This document shows, in pieces, positions 1 to 12,115 of a stretch of DNA of 64,000 bases; the first letter of the stretch is position 1, and every line of letters begins with the position of its first letter. Source of the DNA: Lytechinus pictus (Eukaryota). The translations under genes were made by a program, and so were the position numbers. The stretch spans positions 4,218,001 through 4,282,000 of the forward strand of contig NC_087252.1 of the NCBI RefSeq assembly GCF_037042905.1, written 5' to 3'. Under the pieces are notes generated by a model. The model was not told the origin of the DNA. It worked only from the letters and a program-made list of their open reading frames with translations, and did not search any database.

Positions 1-314
1 AAAGAGATATAAACGTGAGGAGAAGCGTGGACCGGGTTCTGGAGACTGCGAGACGGCAGAACGCTACCCCGACAGAGCTCGGTTACGCCACAATACTATG
101 CTTTTTTTTACCTCAAAGAAACAGGCATAGTATCCATAGATGGATATTGGCTGGCGGCTCATTAACATACAGATACAAAAAACATAAACAGTATCACTAT
201 GATCCATGGAGTAACAATACTGCTCTGTAAGTTTGTGAAGAAATCGGAACCATAACGGCATTGCATCGTTTCAAATTAGGGCATTATTTACTTCTATTTG
301 ATCTCAGTCTTATA

Positions 315-363
<49 letters not shown>

Positions 364-2239
364 AAATAAAATATAATACTAATACAAATAATAATGCTAA
401 TACTAATAGGTTCCTTTTATCTCGCATTTCAAGACAGGGTAAATTCACACTGCGCTTTACATGAAACAAAATAAATAAATAGTTAACAATACAGAAAAGA
501 TGTAGCTGCTGCAAGCTTAACAACAAACTAATGTATACCAGTCAGTCCTGATATCAGTATTAGTGTAACAATAGTCATATAGTGGGAGCATGAAGTTGAA
601 CAATTCATGATTATACATAATTATATATGTTTGTTTGAATAATACTTGTTATAAAGATAGTAGTATGGTACTCTCTGTCACGAATTATTATGTATACTGT
701 TGTATCACATTCATTTTCTATTCTGTTTTAGATTGCGCTGATGCATTTTGCACACAATGTATAATGCCTATAACACGAGTGGGCCAGACCACACATGTAT
801 TTCAATAAAAAACGACTTGAGAAAATAACGTGTATATAAATATATAAATAGATAAATAAATAAATGCATATAATGTATATATATATGTATAAATATCATA
901 TACCTGTAATATAATCTGATATAAACTAATAAATAAATAAATAAATATAATACATATCATATATGAGAAGGTATTGCTAGTACTCGGTTCGTGCCTGAAA
1001 AGTAGTCTCGATGAAAAGAAAAAAGTTGTTGCTTCATTCCCATACCAAAAACAGCTTGATTAACAGTTGCTAATCAGATAATAGAGACATGCGGTAAGTT
1101 GGTAAACTTACTTAAGGAGCATTCATGGCTCAACAAACAAACATATCGGTCTCTTAGTCAGTTTTACTTTTGTAGTCTTGCAAATTTGTGTCTTAGAAAC
1201 CAAATATCTTGCGCCTCTTTTCGTTCCTGCCCAGTAAATACTTGTAAGATTTTCTTTTTTTTACCGTCTGAATTGGCTTTCACCGTGTGAATGCGGCTAA
1301 TAACAATAAACACAATTACAATAATGATGAGGATTATTATTATCATCATCATAATTATTATTATTATTAATATTATAATTGTTATCATTATTATTATTAC
1401 TATTATTATCATCATTATGACTTATTAAGTAACCAAATATCATTCCCCAAAACCTGGGGGGGGGGGGGGATGATTGTACATGCCATCCCCCTCACCCCCC
1501 CCCCCCCCCGTTGTCTACGCCCCTGAAGTGGACCGATATAGATCCCAGGCTGGACAGGTGTTAACTTAACACCGGCGTTTTTGCAGTGTGTGTGAGTTTC
1601 ACATCTCCTGCAGGTCGAGGGAAAAATGTGAAGTTTACATGCTAAAATACTTGTTGGCTAACAGCCCAAAGTCCAATTGGAACGGTCAATGTTTAGCGGC
1701 GAACCATTGGAAAATGCGCTCATGGGGGCGGGGGTGCAATAATCTTTCAATGTCTGGGCCTAGACTTTGAACGGATTACAAGTAATTTAATATTCAAGAT
1801 CTGAGTTAAGAACGTTTAAAGAGTAGAAGTAAATCCATATATATACCGGTGCACAATATCGGGAAAAGGTTGCAAACACAAGGCCTTCACTCTAGAAAAA
1901 AAAAACTTCGAGGGTTTTTCCCGCATTGACAAGAATATTCCAAATTGCCCTTTTTAAGGAGTGTTTAATAAAATTAGGTCTTCTATTTCGTATCATTAAC
2001 GCCCCACCCCTCTCTTTCTCTTCCTATCCTGTCATCTCTCCTCCCCCTCCCACTTTTCTGCCTGTTTACAGTTTCCCCTCCTTCCTCCCCCTTCTCTCTC
2101 TCTCTCCCTTTCTATCTATCCCCCGTCCCCAATGTCTCTACAAATCTACACCCCTTCCCACACTCTCGCAACCTCCTTCTTCCCTGCTTCACCTTTCCAG
2201 GATCCGGGTTCGTTATTCCGAAAGTTCATTACATTCGGC

Positions 2240-2768
2240 CCCGGGGGGGCCACTTCCATTGACGAGTGGATACCATGCGCGACCACGGGGTCTCGAAAAG
2301 CACCCTAAACACGTATTTTCCATGTTCTGAAAATGCACCCCTTAACAAGTATTGGCGTCTGAAACCCTACCCTTAACAAGTATTGGAAACAAAACTATAC
2401 GCTTGGCAAGTATTCCCTGAAATGAACCCCTAAACAAGTATACAGCGATATTCTATTGTTGTGTCACGGGTCCGTCGGTCGTCGGTTTTTACCTAATTCA
2501 CACACCATTTGGTTTAGTACGGCCCCACCTTCCTCACCTCGCGCAAATCGGGTCTCTAAACACGTAGTGTTGGGGCAAAAAGGACATCCTTTATACAACA
2601 TTTTAATTTTGTTTTATTATCCCCGCAAATTTGAGCCTAAACACGTAGCTTTCCTAGCGAAATAGATACCCTTTTTTCATTATTTTTCTGTTTTTGACAC
2701 CCTTATCACGTTACGTACGTAACGTGCCCTATCTTGAAAAAGACATCCTTTTTACGTGTTTTTTTGGT
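2240..2768. mobile_element. Truncated MITE with a CCCGGGGGGG-type terminus
   Basis: Starts CCCGGGGGGGCCACTTCC like the element at 29167; internal repeats CCCT(T)AA(A)CA(A/C)GTA; no right terminus seen. Confidence 0.55.
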
Positions 2769-4593
2769 GATGCCACTGATATGAAGCCAGTTCAGATTTA
2801 TCATTAATCAAGATCATCACCATAATTTTTTGTGACATCATTTTGCTACAGAAGGTGCAGCCATAGGCAAACAGAGGTAGGGGGAAGGTATATATAGGGA
2901 GGATGAGAATTGAGGAGAAGGGTCGAGGGGAGAAGGAGGGAGAAGGGATCCCCCGGAGGGGAGGAGAAGGCGAAGGCCGATAGGAGGACGAAAATAAGAT
3001 TATGTTAATATTCTACCGTTACAAACATCATGAGGCAATGTCACTACAATTTACGTGCTTTAAGCAAGACATGTTTATTAGGTATAAAGATTATCACCAC
3101 CATCAATTAGGGCCTAATACAAGTCCAAAGGAGAAAATATGTTATTTTTTTGTAACAACTAAAACTAAAAGCCATGTATTATGGTCTTTAAATTAATCAA
3201 CAATGTAAAAATGAAAAAAAAAAAGAACATTGGGGCTAGTTTCAGAATGAATTGCGATAAAACGAAATTCATGAAGTCAAATGCAACCTGATCTGTTTTC
3301 AACCAATGAAAATTAATGCGCGCATTAGGTACTTGTGCTTTTTTTATATGCAACTTTTCCTTCGAGGAGATATGGGAAGAAAAAAAACACCTTTTCACAA
3401 CAATAACAAGACAAGAACTGATCTAAAGCCTCTCCCATTTTATCCCCGAACCCCCATTGATTCCTTTTTACTCATTTTGTCAACAAAATACGTTATCAGA
3501 TCGAGGCTTGAGATCTGGTGTATTTACCAATCCTTCCAGAAAATAAATAGACATATTGCGGACACTAAGTCTACACCTCAAGTAAGTTATTTGGTCAATA
3601 CTTATTGTAGACATATAACATGTAGCTGTGTGTAGTGATTAAGATACGGTCAGTCAGGCGGTGATATAGAAGAATTGACGAATTTATTGGGAATCTATAA
3701 ACTACGTCATATCTTTCTATTATTCGTATTTCCTGTATGTTCCTCCATTGCGCATCACCTGTGCTGAAGGGGCTATTGTTTTTAATCGATATATGGATTG
3801 ATTCGTCAGCTGTGATAAGAATCCTTTGAAAAGCGAAATGGGAGAAAAGTCATTCTAACACATTGGAGGAATATGGATACTTTGAGTTGAATAGCTCAAT
3901 AGACGAGAGACAGACGTAGGCATATACACTAATACAGGTGAGAAGTATACCAAGAAGTATATAGTTATAGTCCTTTGCCTTATTATGCATGGCTGTATAT
4001 TAAGATGTTCTACAGTTCCACACTTGTCTTATTCAAAGTATTGTCTGCATTGACAATTGTTTATCTCAGAACATAATGCATTGTATGCTGAAAGCCGGCT
4101 TTCACTCTGAGAGATGCACTCAACCATATACGGTATAAGTCTATATACTGTATTTTAAAATCCTTCCTTAACTCCACATTTGACTCTTATATATACTTAT
4201 GACATGTTCATCATATTCACTAAATTTTAGTTGTCTCTCCATTAGCATGATTAGAAAAAAAACTAAATTCAAATGAGAATCGTAAACAAATATCACACAA
4301 AATACAAATAAACTTTATGTGTATGTATAGGAAAGGTGTCTATGCAGTAGCCAAGACAGGATATTCCTGTAATGATTATGATAAATGCAATTTATCTTCG
4401 CCATATTTCGGACTCGGTAAATTGCTATCAATTAGCTCAGTTAAGGTCATTACATAGTCCTTACTTTTCTTTCTTTCTTTCCTTTTTTATGTATACACAG
4501 GGAAATCTCTCAACCCCGAGTGGACTTTGTTTTGTGCACGATCAGTTTAACGCTGGTGGACCATTCGCGTGTTACACGTATTAAAGGACTAGA

Positions 4594-5872
4594 ATGGATC
4601 CAAATTTACCCACATACGTACCCCCATCCCCTCCTTGGAGAACATCACCACCTCCAACAGAAGGTGAAAATATATTACTTCTTTCATCTGAAATTTCTTA
4701 TATTCTTATTGGCTTCTACTATATTGAATAAAAATGTTTCTGATTGAGGTTGATGAAGCGATAATCATCGCAATTAACAAACATCTAACATACTTTGTAA
4801 CATACCATGTTGTGGGCGTAAAGTTTTACCTACAAAACTTGCTAGCCCTCTCCTCCTTCGAAAATTGGTATGAAAATATTGCTATAAATGTTGAAACTGC
4901 ATATTCGTATACATAATTGTTATTGCATGAGTTAGCGAAAAGATCAATCTGAACAAAATTAAAACAATAGTGGGAAACGGGTCTCATTCTTACCCGTTTT
5001 AATTGACGACAGACATGACTGACCCGTATTAGTAAAAAATTGCCATTTAGGCTTAATGTGTATTTTCGTTTAATCAAACTTTAAATTTCTAGTAGGGCGA
5101 CACCTCCTCCCTAACCCCGAAAAGATAGCCGTCAATACGGTAAGCTTAATGTACGATTTTCAGGGTCAATTATGTCAAACAGGGGGCAACTTGGAGGGGC
5201 ATTATAATTATGCACAGCAAACATGTTCGATTTTTACAAAATTTATATTAAAAAAAAGTGTTACTCAACTTTTTTACTACAAAAGATAGGTTCAATAATG
5301 TGACTCGAATTCTTCTGCAGATTATAGGCTAGCCAACTACCAACTTGGCTCCATTTTTCACATTTTTCTTTTTTTAAATTAAAATATATTCACCACCCTT
5401 GTCCCCCATTTAGATCCCTGTTCAAGCTGCCCTCGTCTGCTGCCTGGATGGGCTCTTGCTCTTCTCATTATTCTCCTTCTGGTTGTGGCTATCTCGGTGG
5501 GATTGAATATCATGTTCGTTCTCAGGCGGCGTCGTTTACAGAGAGATCTAGCCATTCAAGGTACGAAAAAGATTCAATTGAGAAAACGAGTAGTATAGGG
5601 TTTATTAGATGACGAAAATGGTAAATGTAATCATGGTGGTGAAGAGCGATGATGATCGAAATGAAGATGATGGTAAGAATGACCCATGATGATTGTGATG
5701 ATGATGATGGTGATAATGATGATGATGGTGGTGGTGGTGGTGGTGATGATGATGGTGGTGGTGGTGGTGGTGATGATGATGATGATGATGATGGTGATAA
5801 TGATGATGGTGGTGGTGGTGATGATGATGATGGTGATGATGATGGTGGTGGTGGTGATGATGATGATGATAA

Positions 5873-5906
<34 letters not shown>

Positions 5907-5959
5907 GGTGGTGATGATGATGATGGTGATGATGATGGTGGTGGTGGTGATGATGATGG

Positions 5960-5991
<32 letters not shown>

Positions 5992-8900
5992 ATGATGATG
6001 ATGATAATGATGCTGATGCTGATGATTGTTATGGTGATGATGTTGTTGATGATGATGATGATAAATGATGATGAAATTAAAGAACCAAAGAAGAGAAGTC
6101 ATAATTCAAAATAAAGAAGGAAAAGGAAAGTGGTCGAAGAAGGGCGATGCTAATGTAAAAGATGGCGACAATGATGATGACGGAGATGATTGTGATGATG
6201 GTGGTGATGATTACGAAGATGGTGGTGATGATGTTGGTGGTGATGATGTTGGTGATGATTAATGGTGGAGATGATGATGATAATGACGACGACGACGATA
6301 ATGAAGATGATTACGACGATAATCACAATGAAATTAAAGAAGAAGAGGATGAAGCAGTAGATGAATAAGAAGAAGATTAATAGAAGAAAAAGAAAAAGAA
6401 TAGGAAGAGGAACTAAGAAAAAAAAACCTTTGTGTGGTATATCCAGATAATGTTTTAGACATTAAAAATGCGTTTTCTATATTAAATAATAATTATTATG
6501 TCCCTAATATATTTTATCTTGCTTTGTGTATTTCTTTTCTAATTTTAGCCCACATGGATTTGCAGAAGTCATCGTTTATGCGGTAAGTTACTAAATATGC
6601 CAGAAAATCTAATTTTCTTAATTAAGAAGAGACCCCCAAAAATATTTCCACATTTTGTTGTTTTTTAATCTATTATTTATGACCATGCTTAAATTTATTG
6701 ATACATGTCTTATAATTAAAAAAAAAAGTTACGTGAAGCTATACATTTGAACTATAATGTTTGGAACAGTTTGCTCGGTCCGCGTAACGAGGAAGTCCTC
6801 GTTGTGTTGTGTGTGCTCAATCCAATGTGAATTTTGTGTGTCCTCGGTTTCCACCATGCGTGAACATATACTCATCCTCCCAAACACTCAATCAAACGCA
6901 TCCCCGCATTTACACGCCCACACATAAATATGCACACACGGTCATCCACTCCACGCACATGTACACAGCACACTCCCACATACGCATCCAAAGATACTTT
7001 TTCATATTCTCCATACTTTTAGGTGAAACTGTCCACTCACATGAAATGACGTACCTTTCGACCGAAAAACAAAAATGGACTAAAAATAAAACAATTGGCG
7101 GTGTTACAAAACTTCTCATCTATTTAACCATGGAGCTATTAACAAAATCAACCCCTGTAATGCGCATATGAATGTTAATGACCAGTAATTTGGAACATGG
7201 TTTGCATCGAATCAATCTTTTCTTAGATAACTAAAGTACTCAGATTTCTGATCCTCTCAGTATCAATTGGATTTTTTTTTCTTCAGTAAAACTAATGGTA
7301 ACGGAGTTTCACAACCCAACGGGTCAGATAAACAACCTATGCTTCGAACGAAAAGTAAGCGAATCTCCCTATTTCAGTTTATTTTCATTTATTTTAGGTT
7401 AACGTTGAAACATTTAAGAATATTTTAATGTCTCCAGTATCAAGAATACTTTATCGCACTTTACGGCTGCTCTAATTAGAAAAGCATTTCATCAACGTTT
7501 TTGTCCGACAACTCGTAAGATCTGACAACTTTTCGCTAATTTTGATTGGTTTAGAAGCAATGTTTCTACGGTAACTGCCAGATAATGTATAGTTTGTCGG
7601 ATAAAACATCAGACAAGTCATTTCACGAAACACTTCACAGGAAATCAGTATATTTTATAATAAGACTCCCAACTCTCTCACAATTATACCATACATCTTC
7701 CAAGCATTTTCTTTTGATACTTTGCGTCCCTTTTTTCTTTTCAGCCATTGCACTGAAGAAAAGTAGGATAGAAATTCCGCGGGAAAACATTGGTATTAGC
7801 GTGAGTCTGCGATCGATCGGTGATGGTCAATTTGGTCACGTGTGGAAAGGAGAGACACGTGGTCTGACGGTCAATGATGGTCACGTGATTCCAGTAGCTG
7901 CAAGAGAATTACCAGGTAAAACATATACTTTTTAATCCTTTCATTTTCCTCCAATATTATATGAAGCAAATTATATTGGAAAATTTTCTCTTCCGTGTAA
8001 AAGTAAAAGAGACCATTCTGTCCCCTCCCCTCAAAGAAAAAAAAAAGCCTGAATGAAGTGTAATGTACACAGCAAAAACTGTGGTGTTAACCGGTGCACA
8101 TAGAGGACCACACCAGTTATTTTACACCGGTGTTAAATTGGTGGTGTTAGTTTTACACCTCTAGGTGTTATTACAACACCTATGGTTGTTACATTTACAC
8201 TCTTTGGTGTTATGTTCAATCTCTAGGGTGTTATTTTAACACCTCAGGGTGTGGTCCTCTATTAACACCAATTGGTGTCAGTTTTAACACCACAGTTTTT
8301 ACAGTGTACATATTTTTTTTTAAAGTTCCCGTTCTTATTTCAATGCCATTCACACCCATTTGTGATTCAAAATATATATTTCTTCCATTTCAATCACAGA
8401 TACAAGAAGAAATCAAATATAATAACAATAAATCAAGTACAGATAACTCGAAATAAAGTAAAAACTCCGTAATGAAAAAACAAATGTTCATGAATTTTTG
8501 CCATTGGGCTTTGTATACATAAAAGTTAATGACAATGGAACGACTTTTCCTTCTCTGTAAAAGTATAGAATGCCATTCAAACAGTATTTTTAAATGAAAA
8601 GTAATTAATAATGGAAATATCTTCTCTTCCATGTACTAGATTCGCTGACCAGAGATGACGTCCTTGATCATCTTACGCCTATATGGAGATTAAAAACTCA
8701 TGAAAATATTGTCCAAGTTTACGGGTGCTGTTTAGAAACCGGTATGTAAAAAAAAAAAAAATTATAGCACCGTTTTATATACTCGTTGTTGAGTGAAGCT
8801 TGATTTAAGAGCATGATGGAATTACTTTTGGAGCTATGCTCAAACAAAATGTATTGTGCGATGAGCTCTTATTATATATTTTTATTGATTGTCTAGCTTA

Positions 8901-11900
8901 GTTCAGCTGACATCTGCAGTGTTTCTTAAGAAAGAGGATAATACTGGTTCATAGCATACAGGGAGTTGCAATTCAAATATGTCAAGCAATTAATATAATG
9001 ATTATTCATTTAAAAATAGATTTGTCTTCAGGCACCGTCTCTTTGTAAGTGTAAAGGAGCCTGCTGATTGGTCAAATAATGACACATGCGTGGGTATTCA
9101 TTATAAAACTTTGTTTGGAAAGACAGGAATTCTAGATAAAGGCCCATGTTTACTTGAATATAATGAAACAAAATCTTCACATTTTACGGATATAGGGATA
9201 GGGGCACAGGGCAAAGAAACAAAGTATTTTACAACCGAGTTTAATGAATAAACAGATTAGGTTTCGCATAGGTTTGAACAAAAAGTTTTAAATTTGGACA
9301 AAAGTGTTCAGTTTCTAGTATTAATTGAACATATTGAACATTGCTGATTGAATATTTATTTCACTTGATATTTCTTTCAAACTCTTAAAGAAAATCGAAA
9401 ATCGTATACTGGGATGTACCATATAGATCATGCTTCTTAAGTTTGTTTTTATAGTGCAGTCAGTCTATATGTATTGTAATTGCCCACTATTAATGATTAT
9501 TTTTTTAAATATGTGTATTGACGCAGAACCTTCTTATATCCTAACTGAGTACGTCCCGAATGGATCTCTCTTTACGTATCTACGTACCAATGGGGGAATA
9601 ACGAGAACATCGATCTACGCTAATATAGTAGAAACACTGGAAGATGATCATCAGATAACACTCAAGCAACAATTTATGTTTGCATTCGATGTGGCTAATG
9701 GTATGGAATATCTTGCTAGCAAGCAGGTAAGGAAAACAAAATGACGATGATGATGAGGGGGGTGATGAGGAGGAGGGGAGGATGGTTGTTGTGGTGGTGT
9801 TGGTGATTATGGTCATGATGATGATGATGATGAAAATAATATAGAATATTTGTATTCGATGTGGCTAATGGTCTGGAATATCTTGATAGCAAACAGGTAA
9901 GGAAAACAAAATGACGATGACGGTGATGATGATGAGGGGGATGATGATGAGGAGGAGAAGGAGAAGGAGGAGAATGGTTGTTGTAGTGTTGATTGTGATG
10001 ATTATGATTATGGGGATGATGATGGAGATAATGATGATTATGAATGTTTGCATTCGATGTGGCCAGTGGTATGGAATATCTTACTAGCAAGTAGGTAAGG
10101 TATACAAAATTATGATGACGGTGATGATGATGACGATGAAGGAGATGATGATGGTGAGGAGGATGGTTGTAGTAGTGGTGGTGGTGATGGTGATGATTAT
10201 GGGAATAATGATGATGATGATGACGAAAATAATGTAGTGTTTGCATTCGATGTGGCCAGTGGTGTGGAATATGTTGCTAGCAAATAGGTGAGGTAAACAC
10301 AATGACGGTGATGATGATGATGAGGATGATGATGATGATGATGAAGAGGAGGAGGAGAAGGATGTTGTTGATGATTGTAATGATGATGATAACACGTTGA
10401 AGATAAAGATGATGATGATTGTGGTGGTGTTGGTAGTGATGATGGATGAGATGGTGATGATAGTCCTTTTAACAATGTGATATCTAGAAGAAGAGGAAAA
10501 TGGGGTAAGGGGAGCTGGAGAGAAGTATTATATTGTGGAAATATTTTATTTGAAAAAAAGAGAGAAGATATACGTTTTTTATAATTTGATGTCACTCATT
10601 ACCCTTAAAGATCTCAATAGAGAGATAAGAGGAATTAGGGTAGAAACATTAAGACGAGGCATGTGATTCTATTTGACAAAAAAAAATGAAAAAAAAATAA
10701 GAGGAGACGATGGGGAAGAAAAGTAAATCAGAACTTCTGTTTCTAAAATGCATGTACAAAGAAAAAAAAAACGATATGGGCTAATAAGTTGAAATGCATT
10801 CAAGATGAAGATTATTGCTCTCATATTCTCTACATTTTATTTTTCTTCAAAATTGGTCAGGTTATCCATGGCAGTCTTTGTGCTCACAATATCTTACTAT
10901 CTCAAGATAAACGCTGTAAAGTAGCTGACTTTGGATTGACAGCTTTATCCGACTTGGTAAGCATATTTTTCATGTTTTTAAGACTTGCCTAACATTGGGT
11001 GTTTCATAGTTCGAATCCTACCGAGGAAATGTTCCATGGTAATAAATGAATGAATCTTTATTTCGTTTCAATTCCAAAACAACAAAAACAACAACAACAA
11101 CAGTAAATCATTGCAATACAACTAAATAGCAAATAACAAAAGTAAATAATTACAGAATAATATACATAATTATGTGCACTACTTTTTATGAAACATTAGT
11201 AACACCCATGAGACAAGATGGAAATGAAACGTGGTGACTTACTTAGAAGCTTAGCTTGTGGGCCATAGGCCATGTGCAGGAAAGCACCCAGATAAATATA
11301 TATATACACTTTTCATACATAATGTTTTATTCCTCAGCAAATGGTTATTTTTATTCTTATCTTATGTTCTATAAGACAACCGAAATGTTGGAAATGAATT
11401 TTTTTTGTTTTATTAAAGTTTTCCTATTTAGACAATCTCAAAAAAAAAAAAAAAAAACAGTCGTTGGCCAACTCACACATTTTTATTATTTTTTAAAATC
11501 TCCAATAAATGTTTTATTACATTCATTGACGACATCCCAGGATGTTTGGGGGCTAGCCCCCCCCCCCCCCCGGGAAATAGAGTATTATACATCAGCCTAT
11601 GGAAAATGGTAATCCTGCCCCCACCACTCCCCCATGTCCCAAAATTTCACAAAATATCAGCGCATGATTTCAATTTTTGGCCAAGGTGACTAAAGATAGG
11701 ATTTATTACAAATAGGTATTTTTTAGAAAGACATTCAAACGGTATTTGTTCAACTCATCCATTAAAAAAATAAACTTCATAACTTTACACTGTTTGTATA
11801 TTATAAGTTTCATTTGCAATATACGTCCACTTTACTTTGTTTTGTTGAAAGGAAAAAAATTGAATTTAATTGAACTGAACTTGTATTTCATTTTTTTTAG

Positions 11901-12078
11901 GCCAAAGTGACTAAAGATAGTATTTATGAAAGATGGATGTCTTTAGAAAGATTATCAAACGGCCTTTGCTCACCTCACGATGATATATGGGCGTATGGAG
12001 TATTGGTATGGGAAATTATGACGTATGGTAAGAAAATATTACCCTTATCATTTGTGATTATCTTGATCCTTATTATTG

Positions 12079-12115
<37 letters not shown>

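Noticed and set aside
64..261. Possible minus-strand exon at the window start
   Set aside because: Plausible AG/GT pair (~112-224) but no recognisable protein motif or partner exon in the window.
5605..6368. Poly-His, poly-Asp/Gly and poly-Met/Val ORFs
   Set aside because: Translations of an intronic (GAT/GGT)n microsatellite; the flanking exons splice in frame without them.
9676..10345. CRISPR-like repeat-spacer array
   Set aside because: Eukaryotic intron; the repeats are copies of an exon end and the spacers are microsatellite.
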